DNA from: an uncultured Sphingomonadaceae bacterium
GTDB lineage: Bacteria; Pseudomonadota; Alphaproteobacteria; Sphingomonadales; Sphingomonadaceae
Direction of reading: 5' to 3'
Assembly (NCBI GenBank): GCA_913060895.1
Contig: CAJXSN010000013.1
Span: 4,134 to 68,133 of the forward strand
Length of the DNA: 64,000 bases
Shown here one piece after another: positions 50,487 through 60,247 of this stretch. Made by a program: the position numbers and the translations under genes. The notes beneath the pieces are model-generated. The model searched no databases. It was not told where the DNA came from and worked only from the letters and a program-made list of their open reading frames with translations. Within the stretch, counting starts at the first letter, position 1. Every line of letters starts with the position of its first letter.

Positions 50487-51447
50487 CCTGCCAAAGGCTA
50501 AGGTAGCTGTGCTGGTATCCGGCACAGGCACCAACATGGCCGCGCTGCTCTATGCCAGCCGCTTACCGGGCGCTCCCTACGAAGTGGTGCTGGTCGCCAG
50601 CAATGATCAGACAGCGGGCGCGCTGAAACTGGCATCGGCGGAAGGTGTCCCGACTTTCGCCCTGAGCCACAAAGGTATGGACCGCGCCGATCACGATGCC
50701 GCAATGGATACGGCAATCCGCGATGCGGGTGCAGATTATGTCGCGCTGGCGGGATATATGCGTATTCTGGGCGATGGGATAGTTGGCAAATGGGCCGGCC
50801 GGATGATCAACATCCACCCTTCCCTGTTGCCGCTGTATCCCGGCCTGAAAACTCACGCGCGAGCAATCGAGGCAGGCGACAGCCAGGCCGGGACGTCGGT
50901 CCATCTGGTAATTCCCGAGCTCGATTCGGGCGAAGTTCTGGGTCAGGTGGCTGTCGCCATTCAACCTGACGACACACCCGAGACTCTGGCCGAACGGGTC
51001 AAGCTCGCCGAACACCAGCTCTATCCTCGCATTCTGGGCGAATATGTTTCACGCGGATATGATGCAGACCATCTGCACAGCCAAGTGGCTGAACTGGCAC
51101 TGGCTTTACCGGAGACGGAAGAGAGAACCAGCCACGGCGCGCCCGCTTTTAAAATCGCAGGCAAGAGCGGCAAGTTTTTCGCTCATTTCAGTGACCGCCA
51201 TCACGGTGTCCAGCATATCGCCTTACTCGCGAAAACCAGCGGGCAGGACGAATTGCTGCAGCTGATCGAACGCGATCCAGACACTTTCTTCAAGCCCGCC
51301 TATTACGGCGCAAGCGGTTGGGTCGGAATTATCCTCAACCGCGCAGATTGCGATTGGGATCAGGTCGCCCACTGGCTGGAACGCAGCTGGGCATGTGTGG
51401 CGCCAAAGCGGCTTACGCGGCTGCGAAAAGCTGCAGCGGAGTTTTGA
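50479..51447 (+). CDS. purN: Phosphoribosylglycinamide formyltransferase fused to a C-terminal YjbR/MmcQ-like domain
   Basis: The PurN core is [15 protein letters not shown]...INIHPSLLP...[15 protein letters not shown]. It continues in frame, with no stop, into about 125 aa reading [26 protein letters not shown]...[21 protein letters not shown]...WACVAPKRL. The start is TTG 50479 or GTG 50509. Confidence 0.85.
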   Translation: MADLPKAKVAVLVSGTGTNMAALLYASRLPGAPYEVVLVASNDQTAGALKLASAEGVPTFALSHKGMDRADHDAAMDTAIRDAGADYVALAGYMRILGDGIVGKWAGRMINIHPSLLPLYPGLKTHARAIEAGDSQAGTSVHLVIPELDSGEVLGQVAVAIQPDDTPETLAERVKLAEHQLYPRILGEYVSRGYDADHLHSQVAELALALPETEERTSHGAPAFKIAGKSGKFFAHFSDRHHGVQHIALLAKTSGQDELLQLIERDPDTFFKPAYYGASGWVGIILNRADCDWDQVAHWLERSWACVAPKRLTRLRKAAAEF

Positions 51448-51847
51448 CCCCTGCGATTTGATCGCCTTGCATGGCGCTGACCAACCGAACAATTGATGGT
51501 GCGCCTGCTCCCCTATAGGTCTGCACTTCCGAGATTTTACTTCCGCGGAATTGAACGCGCCACTGCGTCCGGGCATTGAACAACGGATCCACCGATGTCT
51601 GTTCGCCGGACATCAGCACTTCGTCGCCATGCACTGCTACCAGATCATGCTTGATTTTTAGATCGAGATTCATCCGGCCGAGGCCGTTCAGAACATCGGC
51701 GAAGGCTTCACGCCCAGAAACGCGTACACTTCTGCTATCGATAAATTCGAAATCGTCAGTCAGCAGATTCAGAACCTGCCGTGTTTCGCCTGCACATACG
51801 CCCTTCACCAGGGTGCGTGCGCGAGACTTTCGTGATCGACTGAACAT
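51413..51847 (-). CDS. NTF2-like (SnoaL/DUF4440-type) protein
   Basis: The pattern LLTDDFEFIDSRSVRVSGREAF...VAVHGDEVLMSG...WRVQFRGSKISEVQTYRG is typical of the NTF2 fold. The region is A/T-rich. Its 3' end overlaps the purN fusion by 35 nt. Confidence 0.55.
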   Translation of the reverse strand: MFSRSRKSRARTLVKGVCAGETRQVLNLLTDDFEFIDSRSVRVSGREAFADVLNGLGRMNLDLKIKHDLVAVHGDEVLMSGEQTSVDPLFNARTQWRVQFRGSKISEVQTYRGAGAPSIVRLVSAMQGDQIAGVKTPLQLFAAA

Positions 51848-51910
51848 CCGGCAGGTATACACCGCCGGATGTTCCATCACAGTGTCCTATGATGTGTTCT
51901 CGATATATTC

Positions 51911-52333
51911 TTATCCAACGATTTCAGCGTCATCGAAGAAATATGCGATTTCGATCGCGGCGTTCTCGTCCGAATCCGAACCGTGAACGGTGTTCGCTTC
52001 GATGCTCTCGGCCAGTTCGCCGCGGATCGTGCCAGCATCGGCATCCTTGGGGTTGGTAGCACCCATGATGTCGCGGTTGGCCTGCATGGCGTTTTCGCCT
52101 TCCAGAACCTGCACGACCACAGGGCCGCTGATCATGAAATCGACCAGTTCACCGAAAAACGGGCGTTCCTTATGTACGGCATAAAAGCCTTCGGCCTGTT
52201 CGCGGCTCATCTGAATGCGCTTGGAAGCGACGACGCGCAGGCCGGCTTCTTCCAGCATCTTGGTGACAGCGCCGGTCAGATTGCGACGCGTGGCATCGGG
52301 CTTGATAATCGAAAAGGTGCGGGTAACCGCCAT
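51911..52333 (-). CDS. ndk: Nucleoside diphosphate kinase
   Basis: It contains [14 protein letters not shown]... and the active-site NTVHGSDS. Confidence 0.95.
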   Translation of the reverse strand: MAVTRTFSIIKPDATRRNLTGAVTKMLEEAGLRVVASKRIQMSREQAEGFYAVHKERPFFGELVDFMISGPVVVQVLEGENAMQANRDIMGATNPKDADAGTIRGELAESIEANTVHGSDSDENAAIEIAYFFDDAEIVG

Positions 52334-52427
52334 AGGAGTTTCCTTCAGGTTTTTATTTGGGGGAGAATTATGGCTGCGCCTCTACCTTCAGGGGCTAAAT
52401 CCGGCAAGTCCTGTCGGCATCGACCAG

Positions 52428-53048
52428 TCAGCGGTTCGGCCGGGTTTCCGCTGCGCGCGGAGGCGCCGTACCCACAAGATACAGCTGCGCTGCAGTCACG
52501 TCGCGAAAAGCAGGCGGTGTTTCACCATTGGTGGGCGGAGCATTGGCACCCTCACCCTCTGTCGGAACGGGCAACCGCGTACCATCGGGCGCAATGCGGG
52601 CAGGCGCGGCATGAAGGGTGATACGCTGCCGGTTTTCGCCAATGGCTATGAAGGTTACGCCATTACTCCCTGCCAGATCGAGTGCGGAAGACAGATCTGC
52701 CTTTGCAGCGGCGGCGCGGTAATATTGCGCCACCTGCCCGGTCGGTTGTTCGGTTATCCACTCTATCAGCGCGATATGCAGGCCGTCTTCGGCCGTGACA
52801 TGGGTCGCCCTGGTTACTTCGGCGTCCGGCATCATCGAAATGTCGACCGGCAGGGGCGATGCTATGGCCGGGCCGGAAAGCATGGTGGTATTACCCCCTG
52901 CGCCGGTTGCTCTGGCTGTGACAGTACCTGCTTCGCCATCGTAGATATAGCTGCCATCAGGCGCAGACTCATCCCCGTTGCACGCCGTTAGAGAGGAGGC
53001 CAGTGCCACACCGGCAAGGGTCGCGGCGGTCAGCCGAGACGTTGCCAC
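52428..53048 (-). CDS. Hypothetical lipoprotein
   Basis: It has a lipobox (ALASSLTACNGD). The GTG start at 53048 overlaps the holC 3' end by 19 nt. No family was recognised. Confidence 0.5.
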   Translation of the reverse strand: MATSRLTAATLAGVALASSLTACNGDESAPDGSYIYDGEAGTVTARATGAGGNTTMLSGPAIASPLPVDISMMPDAEVTRATHVTAEDGLHIALIEWITEQPTGQVAQYYRAAAAKADLSSALDLAGSNGVTFIAIGENRQRITLHAAPARIAPDGTRLPVPTEGEGANAPPTNGETPPAFRDVTAAQLYLVGTAPPRAAETRPNR

Positions 53049-53467
53049 CGGCCACCCTCCTGCTTGAGGAAATTTTTCTCCAGCTCTTCCTCGGCCGAAA
53101 ATGCTTTCCATAACTCGCGTGCCGCCTGCCGCCGGTCTTCGCCGAACAGCAGCATCACCCGCTCAAACGCACGCGCTTCTTCGCGCCAGATTCCATCCGC
53201 CACCATGGCAAAAGTTGCGTCGTTTGCGATCGTCGTGTTTTCGCCAAGCAGGATGGGCTGGCGCGCGGCATTGCTATCGTTTGCTGCTCCATGTGCGAGA
53301 AAAGCATCGCCCTCACGCTCCCACAAGGCGCGGTCCAGCCTTGCGCGCAATTCCTGTTCGCGTGCGGCGATGCACAACCGCTTGCCAGCTTCCAGTGTCT
53401 TGCGTGCCAGCAATGGAGCAACCGCCTCCACCGGGTCCGCATCAAGCAGGTAGAAATCGACTCTCAT
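53030..53467 (-). CDS. holC: DNA polymerase III subunit chi
   Basis: It has the MRVDFYLL N-terminus, a length of about 145 aa, and the conserved position next to pepA. Confidence 0.85.
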   Translation of the reverse strand: MRVDFYLLDADPVEAVAPLLARKTLEAGKRLCIAAREQELRARLDRALWEREGDAFLAHGAANDSNAARQPILLGENTTIANDATFAMVADGIWREEARAFERVMLLFGEDRRQAARELWKAFSAEEELEKNFLKQEGGRWQRLG

Positions 53468-53616
53468 GCGGACTGCTTAGCGGAACGGCGGCAGCGCTCG
53501 GAACAATATTTTACATTGTCCCAGTCGCGCTCCCATTTCTTGCGCCAGTTGAAAGGCAGCTCGCACCCGACACAAATCTTGCTAGGCAAGTCGCCTTTCC
53601 TGAGCATCTTGGGCAT
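53464..53616 (-). CDS. DUF2256-family zinc-ribbon protein (50 aa; below the ORF-track cut-off)
   Basis: Hand translation gives [50 protein letters not shown]. The CxxC...W(R/K)[15 protein letters not shown] pattern matches DUF2256. Its TGA overlaps the holC ATG (ATGA). Confidence 0.7.
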   Translation of the reverse strand: MPKMLRKGDLPSKICVGCELPFNWRKKWERDWDNVKYCSERCRRSAKQSA

Positions 53617-53659
53617 ATCCGCCGGCTTTACCGCTCTGCCATTTCAGGCCCGCAATCCA

Positions 53660-55120
53660 TCAGCTCTCCAAAGTATCGCGCACATAACGGTCGATCAGGC
53701 GCACGCCGTAGCCGGTCGCCCCCTTGCCCCAGGTGCGTCCCGGCTTGTCGGCCCAAACCATTCCCGCGATGTCGCAATGAGCCCACGGACGATCATTCGT
53801 GATGAACCGCTGGAGGAACTGCGCCGCCGTGATCGAGCCTGCGCCACGCGGTCCGACATTTTTCATGTCGGCAATCGGGCTGTCGATCAGCTTGTCGTAT
53901 TCCGTTGTCATCGGAAAACGCCACAATTTGTCACCAACCGCGCTGCCGGCGGTCTGCAGCTTGTCAGCCAAATCGTCATCATTGGAAAACACGCCGCCAT
54001 GCTCGCTCCCCAGCGCAATAATCATCGCACCGGTCAGAGTAGCAAAATCGACGATGGCGACGGGGTCGTATTCTTTCTGCGCCCAATGGAGCGCATCGCA
54101 GAGGACAAGGCGCCCCTCGGCATCGGTATTGATAACCTCGATTGTCTGCCCGGACATGGATGTCACCACATCGCCCGGCAGCTGTGCGCGGCCGTCGGGC
54201 ATATTTTCGACCAGACCGACCACGCCGATGACATTTGCTTTCGCCTTACGCTTCGCCATTGCCAGCATCGCGCCGGTAACCGCGCCCGATCCGCCCATGT
54301 CCCACTTCATGTCTTCCATGCCCGCCGCAGGCTTCATGGAGATGCCGCCCGTATCGAAGGTGACGCCTTTTCCAACGAACACAGTCGGCCGCTCGCCAGC
54401 GTCACCGCCATTCCAGCGCATGGCAAGCAGGCGCGATTCACGCTCCGATCCGCGTCCGACGCCCAGCAGGGCACCCATGCCCAACTTCTCCATGTCATCA
54501 TCATCGAGAACGGTCAGCTCTACACCGGTACCTTCAAATGCTTTCTGCGCTTTCTCGACGAAGCTGGCGGGATAAACCTTGTTGGCCGGTTCGGTTACCA
54601 GCATCCGTGCGAACTCGACCCCGTCCGCCACAGCCGCCGCGTCGTCCAGTGCGGTTTCGCTTCCATCGGGCGCTCCGACGACCACTACGTTGACGAGGCT
54701 GCGCTTCTGGTCTTTCTTCATTGTCGTACGATGCTCGTCATAACGCCACGACCGCAGCCGCAGGCCCAGTAACACTGCGCCCAGCCCGGCCGCATCAACC
54801 GGCGATCCGGCTGCATCGAGAACCAGAGTATCGACACCGCTGGCAAAATACTTCGCGCCCAGTGCGGCGCCTGCTTTTTCCAGATTGCCCAGGCGATCCG
54901 CGGCGTCGGGTTTACCCGCGCCGGTCAGTGCCAGACGTACGACTTTACCGTCACGCTCCACGAAGGATTCGAATGTCTGCCCTGCACTGGCGCGGAAACG
55001 CGCGGCATTCGCGCCTTCGCTGACCGTGCGCTCCAGATCATCGGGCATAGCGCCATGATCGACCACACGGGCGAGCAGGGAAGGATCGTCGGGCAATGTG
55101 TCGGCAAAGGTGATGTTCAT
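53660..55120 (-). CDS. pepA: Leucyl aminopeptidase (M17)
   Basis: It has the NTDAEGRL signature (VINTDAEGRLVLCDAL) and M17 metal-ligand regions. The start was set at ATG 55120 (MNITF). Confidence 0.95.
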   Translation of the reverse strand: MNITFADTLPDDPSLLARVVDHGAMPDDLERTVSEGANAARFRASAGQTFESFVERDGKVVRLALTGAGKPDAADRLGNLEKAGAALGAKYFASGVDTLVLDAAGSPVDAAGLGAVLLGLRLRSWRYDEHRTTMKKDQKRSLVNVVVVGAPDGSETALDDAAAVADGVEFARMLVTEPANKVYPASFVEKAQKAFEGTGVELTVLDDDDMEKLGMGALLGVGRGSERESRLLAMRWNGGDAGERPTVFVGKGVTFDTGGISMKPAAGMEDMKWDMGGSGAVTGAMLAMAKRKAKANVIGVVGLVENMPDGRAQLPGDVVTSMSGQTIEVINTDAEGRLVLCDALHWAQKEYDPVAIVDFATLTGAMIIALGSEHGGVFSNDDDLADKLQTAGSAVGDKLWRFPMTTEYDKLIDSPIADMKNVGPRGAGSITAAQFLQRFITNDRPWAHCDIAGMVWADKPGRTWGKGATGYGVRLIDRYVRDTLES

Positions 55121-55272
55121 GGAAGCTCCGCAAAGTTCTGAAGGTGAGGCAGACAAGTGTGCCATTTATGTCTGCCTAACGCGCATCGAAGCGCGCGGTT
55201 TCAAACCTGATTGCGATTAGGCGGGCACGGTGCGATAGGCAAGCCATGCAGAGGCCTGACGACCATTCCGAA

Positions 55273-57702
55273 ATGCGTGGACGACACGCCTGCCAATTCT
55301 GCGTAGGCTTTGCGCAAAGCAGAACGCTGGCGACCATTGCTGCCGGCCTGCTGGTTGCACCTTTTGGCGGGCTGGCTGCACAGGAAGTACCGAGCGACGA
55401 ATTGCGTCCGGTAGATATTGCGGTTGATCCACCCGAGACCGAAGACGCTGTCACCGTCGCACGGTTACCGGCAGATGGTCAGGTTTCCCAGTTGCCTCCC
55501 GTTCCAGAAGGCGAGGTTGCTTTCGAGGCAGATCAGGTCAGCTACAATTCCAACGACGACAGTGTCCGTGCAAGCGGTAACGTGGTTGTTCGCAATGGCG
55601 CACGCACAGTTACGGCCAGTGAAGTCGTGTGGAATCCCGACACCGGCGAGATTGTCGGCTCCGGCGATGTCCTGTTGTCCGAAGCCGATCGCTCTGTCCG
55701 GGCGGACTCGGTCGTCTGGAACCGCAACACTGGTGTAATTACCGGCGATGGCGATGTCCGGTTCGTAGATGAGGACGGCAACCAGCTCTATACCGACAAG
55801 ATCGAACTGACGGAGGAATTCAAAGCCGGTTCGATGGACGACCTTCTCATTGCTCTGCGCGCCGGTGGCAGGCTGGCCGCACAGCAGGGCGAACGCGGGC
55901 AGGATGGCACAATCGTCTTGAGCAGGGCCGCCTATAGCGGATGCGCAATTGTCGATCCGGATGGCTGCGACAAACGCCCCAGCTGGCGCATCACTGCCGA
56001 CGAAGTTATCTATTCGCCGGAAGAAGACAGCATCCGGTTCTCCGGCGCGTATCTGGAACTTTTCGGGCAGCGGCTGCTTCCCCTGCCCGGACTTGCCGTG
56101 CGCACCGATGGCGGACCTGTCGCCGGTTTTCTGGTGCCGGACCTGCGCTTCTCGGAATCCAACGGGGTGGAAGTTTCGGGAAGCTACTATACCCGTCTCG
56201 CCCCCAACCGCGACGCCACCATCACCGGTTATGTTTTCAGCGAAGCGCCGCCAATGGTCAGTGCGCAATATCGCAGCCTGAACGAAACCGGCGCTTTTCA
56301 GGTTACCGGCTACGGCACGTATAGCCGCAAGATATCCGATTTTACGGGTGCGCCGACCAGCAATAACGATTTCCGCGGATACATTTTCGCGAACGGACAT
56401 GCGCAGTTCGATGAAAACTGGAGCCTGACGGGATCAATCCGAGCTGCCAGCGACCGGACTTTCCTGCGCCGTTATGACATTAGCCGCGATGACCGGCTAC
56501 GAAGCCTGCTCGAACTGGAACGGATCGATCAGGACAGTTACCTGCTCATTGCGGGCTATGCTACGCAAACGCTGGTTCTGGGCCGCGAGCAGGGGCAGGT
56601 TCCACTTGCCCTTCCGGCAATCGATTACCGCCGCCGCCTGAAAGAACCGGTTCTGGGCGGCCAGATTGAATTGCAGGCCAATTCGCTTGGTATCTACCGC
56701 GACGAGGGGCAGGACACGCAGCGTGCATTCGTCCGTGCGCAGTGGGATATGCGCCATCTGACTTCGATGGGACAGGTGCTTCGTTTTACCGCATTGGCCC
56801 GGGGCGATGCCTATCACTCGGACGAGAATGATCTGACGCCGGCAGTACTTTACCGCGGGGAACCCGGATTCCAGACCCGTGCCATCGGACTGGCAGCGGT
56901 GGACGTGGAATGGCCCTTCGCCGGTGAGTTCATGGGCGGGACGCAGGTTCTGACTCCGCGAGTGCAGGTGGTGGCCAGCCCCGGGATCAAGAACCTCGCC
57001 GTACCCAATGAAGATGCGAGAGCCATTGATCTGGAGGATTCAAACCTCTTCGCGTTGAACCGCTTCCCAGGGTACGACCGGATCGAGGACGGACTGCGTG
57101 TCACCTACGGGCTCGACTGGCAGCTGACCCGCCCCGACTGGCGTGTCAAAGCAACAGTCGGCCAATCCTACCGTCTGGACAAGGATCTCGATATTCTGGT
57201 CGACGGCACCGGCCTGTCTGAGCGTCTCTCCGATGTCGTCGGGCGTACAGAGGTCCGGTACAAGGATTTCGTTTCCTTCACCCATCGTTACCGTCTGGAC
57301 AAAGACAGTCTGGCTGTGCGCCGCAACGAATTCGACACAACTATCGGTTCGCGCAAAACCTATGTTGAGCTGGGTTATCTGCGGCTCAACCGCGACATCA
57401 ATGAATTCGGACTGGAAGATTTGCGCGACCGCGAGGAATTGCGCGCCGCCGCACGCGTGTCGTTTGCTAATTACTGGTCGGTATTCGGTTCGGGTATTTT
57501 CAACCTGACTGACCGTGAAGAAGACCCTACATTCACTTCCGACGGCTTCCAGCCAATCCGAACCCGTTTGGGCGTGGCTTACCGTGACGATTGCCTTGAA
57601 ATGGGCCTGACATGGCGACGTGATTTTCTGGATCAGGGCGATGCGCAGCGCGGCAATACATTCCAAGTCTATTTCAACCTAAGCAATCTGGGTTTCCGTT
57701 AA
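55273..57702 (+). CDS. lptD: LPS-assembly outer-membrane protein LptD
   Basis: It has an OstA-like N-domain, a large beta-barrel and a C-terminal NLGFR. It is followed by surA-pdxA-rsmA as in other proteobacteria. The start is approximate. Confidence 0.9.
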   Translation: MRGRHACQFCVGFAQSRTLATIAAGLLVAPFGGLAAQEVPSDELRPVDIAVDPPETEDAVTVARLPADGQVSQLPPVPEGEVAFEADQVSYNSNDDSVRASGNVVVRNGARTVTASEVVWNPDTGEIVGSGDVLLSEADRSVRADSVVWNRNTGVITGDGDVRFVDEDGNQLYTDKIELTEEFKAGSMDDLLIALRAGGRLAAQQGERGQDGTIVLSRAAYSGCAIVDPDGCDKRPSWRITADEVIYSPEEDSIRFSGAYLELFGQRLLPLPGLAVRTDGGPVAGFLVPDLRFSESNGVEVSGSYYTRLAPNRDATITGYVFSEAPPMVSAQYRSLNETGAFQVTGYGTYSRKISDFTGAPTSNNDFRGYIFANGHAQFDENWSLTGSIRAASDRTFLRRYDISRDDRLRSLLELERIDQDSYLLIAGYATQTLVLGREQGQVPLALPAIDYRRRLKEPVLGGQIELQANSLGIYRDEGQDTQRAFVRAQWDMRHLTSMGQVLRFTALARGDAYHSDENDLTPAVLYRGEPGFQTRAIGLAAVDVEWPFAGEFMGGTQVLTPRVQVVASPGIKNLAVPNEDARAIDLEDSNLFALNRFPGYDRIEDGLRVTYGLDWQLTRPDWRVKATVGQSYRLDKDLDILVDGTGLSERLSDVVGRTEVRYKDFVSFTHRYRLDKDSLAVRRNEFDTTIGSRKTYVELGYLRLNRDINEFGLEDLRDREELRAAARVSFANYWSVFGSGIFNLTDREEDPTFTSDGFQPIRTRLGVAYRDDCLEMGLTWRRDFLDQGDAQRGNTFQVYFNLSNLGFR

Positions 57703-57865
57703 TTCCGCATGACGGTGAACAGTCGGTTGCCGATGATTGGCAGACCGGACTCCATCAGGTATGGGCACGGACGAAACCGCCTCGCTCAGACAAGGTTCAG
57801 CCGCTTCCCCGTAGCTCTGGACTATCGACAGGCCTGCCCTGCAGGCTGCATTATTCGGACGAAAC

Positions 57866-59218
57866 ATGACCACGAAATTCGCCAGTTTTCTTTCTGCAGT
57901 GGCCGTTTGCAGCTTGGCAGCATCTCCGGTTGCCATACAGGCGCAGGCATCTGTTGTAGCGCCCACTGCCAATCCGCTTAACCTGCCGGATGACGTCCAA
58001 TTGCTGGGCAAGACCAATCCGAACAACCGCCGCGCCACCGCGCGGGTGAACGGCGCGGTGATTACCGGTACTGATGTCGATCAACGCGTTGCGCTGGTTA
58101 CAGCAGCCAATGGAGCAGAATCCGCCTTATCGGGCGATGCCCTGCGCCAACTGCAAATGCAGGTGCTGCGCAATCTGATTGACGAAACACTGCAGATTCA
58201 AGCTGCGGAAGCGCAGGAAATGCCGATTTCGCAGGCCGAAATAGATAGCCAGTACCAGCGGGTCGCGGCGCAGAATTTCGGTGCTGAGATTGGCAAAATG
58301 GATGAATATCTCACCAGTATCGGATCGTCCGTTGCTTCGCTGAAGCGCCAGATCGAAGGGGAGCTGGCATGGTCGCGCCTGCTGCGCCGTAACGTCCAGC
58401 CATTTATCAACGTTTCCGACGAAGAAGTCGAAGACATGATGGCCCGGCTGGAAGCCTCGCGTGGTACGGCCGAGTATCGCCTGGGTGAAATTTATCTGTC
58501 CGCCACTGCAGAAACCGCGGCAGCCGTTGAACAGAACGGCAGGCGGATTATGGAACAATTGCGCGATGGCGGCAGCTTTGTTGCCTATGCCCGCCAGTTT
58601 TCCGAAGCGTCTACCGCAGCGGTTGGTGGCGATCTTGGCTTTGTGCGCCTGGGCCAGCTGCCCCCCGCTCTGGCAACCGCAGCGCAGGAAATGCAACCGG
58701 GCCAGTTGGTCGGACCGATCGAGGTTCCCGGAGGCTATTCGCTACTTTATCTGATCGATAAAAAGCAGGTACTGACCGCCGACCCGCGCGATGCCCTGCT
58801 CAGCCTGAAACAGATTTCAATCGATTTCCCTGAAGGCACTTCTCAGGAAGCGGCTAATGGCCGCGTCGCAGCGTTCGGCGAAATGGTTCAATCCATCCGC
58901 GGCTGCGGCGATGCGGAACGCGCGGCCGAAACGGTGAATGCCAATGTCGTTACGAACGACCAGATTCGCGTTCGCTCCCTGCCCGAGACCCTGCAGTCCG
59001 CTTTGCTGGAGTTGCAAGTAGGCCAGGCTACTCCGCCCTTCGGCTCGGTAGCCGATGGTGTTCGCGTATTGCTGCTGTGTGGCCGGGATGATCCGGAATC
59101 GACCAATGGCCCCACCAAGGCTGAAATGATGGCCCAGCTGACCGATGATCGCGTCGGCAAACGCGCCCAGCGTTTCTTGCGCGATTTGCGCAATGATGCT
59201 TACATTCAGTACAATTGA
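57866..59218 (+). CDS. surA: Periplasmic chaperone / parvulin PPIase SurA
   Basis: It has a signal peptide, a SurA N-domain and a parvulin domain (GGDLGFVRLGQLPPAL). Confidence 0.9.
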   Translation: MTTKFASFLSAVAVCSLAASPVAIQAQASVVAPTANPLNLPDDVQLLGKTNPNNRRATARVNGAVITGTDVDQRVALVTAANGAESALSGDALRQLQMQVLRNLIDETLQIQAAEAQEMPISQAEIDSQYQRVAAQNFGAEIGKMDEYLTSIGSSVASLKRQIEGELAWSRLLRRNVQPFINVSDEEVEDMMARLEASRGTAEYRLGEIYLSATAETAAAVEQNGRRIMEQLRDGGSFVAYARQFSEASTAAVGGDLGFVRLGQLPPALATAAQEMQPGQLVGPIEVPGGYSLLYLIDKKQVLTADPRDALLSLKQISIDFPEGTSQEAANGRVAAFGEMVQSIRGCGDAERAAETVNANVVTNDQIRVRSLPETLQSALLELQVGQATPPFGSVADGVRVLLLCGRDDPESTNGPTKAEMMAQLTDDRVGKRAQRFLRDLRNDAYIQYN

Positions 59219-59233
59219 GGCATTAGAGGGCGC

Positions 59234-60247
59234 TTGCCAGAAACGGTTGCCCCGCTAGCGCTCTCGATAGGCGATCCGGCCGGACTTGGGCCGGAACTCG
59301 CCGTTCTGGCATGGCACGTTCGCAAGTCGGAAAACCTGCCTGCATTTTACGTTCTGCACGGGGCCGATGTCCTGCGGGCAGCTGCGGACCGGATGGGCAT
59401 GGCGTTGCCGCTTGCTTCTATTACCGCTGCTGACGAAGTTGCTGGCGCTTTTCCGAACGCATTGCCGGTATTGGGCGACAAATGTGTAAACTATCGCCCC
59501 GGCATTCCTGAACCGGCTGGTGCGAGACTTGCTCTTGCCTCCCTCACCGATGCTGCCGCCGCCGCCTTTGGTGGCGGTGCATCAGGCGTCGTCACTCTAC
59601 CGGTCGCCAAGGGGCTGCTGGCAGATATCGGCTTTGCCTTTCCAGGCCAGACCGAATTTCTGGCCGCAGCCTGCAATCTGTCGCCTGATGCCTCTGTCAT
59701 GATGCTGGCCGGACCATCCCTGAAGGCTGTTCCGCTGACCGTACATTGCGCGCTGACTGATGTGCCGGGGCTTCTGTCAGCCGAATTGATCCATCGCCGC
59801 GGAACGGTTGTGGCGCAGGCGCTGCGGCGGGATTACGGGATCGAGCGGCCTCACCTGGCAGTCACCGCGCTTAACCCCCATGCCAGCGAAAACGGCGCAT
59901 TCGGAAACGAGGAGGCGCGGATTATCGCGCCTGCTATAGCCGCCCTTTGCGCGGATGGTATCGATGCAACGGGTCCGCATCCCGCAGACGCTCTGTTTGC
60001 CCCGCGGACACGCGCGACTTTCGATGCCGCGCTATGTATGTATCACGATCAGGCGTTGATCCCGGTGAAAGCGCTGGATTTCGATCAGGGCGTAAACGTG
60101 ACACTGGGCCTGCCCATCGTGCGCACCAGCCCCGATCACGGTACTGCCTTTGACATTGCAGGAACCGGCCGCGCCGATCCCGGCGCAACCATTGCCGCCC
60201 TTCACATGGCAAGCGAGATTGCCACGCGGCGGACGCAGCATGGCTGA
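59234..60247 (+). CDS. pdxA: 4-hydroxythreonine-4-phosphate dehydrogenase
   Basis: It contains GDPAGLGPE, GQTEFLA, LNPHASENG and SPDHGTAFDIAG motifs. It has a TTG start. Confidence 0.95.
   Translation: MPETVAPLALSIGDPAGLGPELAVLAWHVRKSENLPAFYVLHGADVLRAAADRMGMALPLASITAADEVAGAFPNALPVLGDKCVNYRPGIPEPAGARLALASLTDAAAAAFGGGASGVVTLPVAKGLLADIGFAFPGQTEFLAAACNLSPDASVMMLAGPSLKAVPLTVHCALTDVPGLLSAELIHRRGTVVAQALRRDYGIERPHLAVTALNPHASENGAFGNEEARIIAPAIAALCADGIDATGPHPADALFAPRTRATFDAALCMYHDQALIPVKALDFDQGVNVTLGLPIVRTSPDHGTAFDIAGTGRADPGATIAALHMASEIATRRTQHG

Noticed and set aside
53291-54772. Long antisense ORFs lie opposite several genes. They are 53291-54772 opposite pepA, 61945-63213 opposite glcB, 22018-23133 opposite cysS, 5569-6813 opposite the serine hydrolase, and 55465-56400 opposite lptD.
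   Set aside because: The reasoning is the same for all. Each overlaps a gene with clear family signatures on the other strand and has no recognisable domain of its own.
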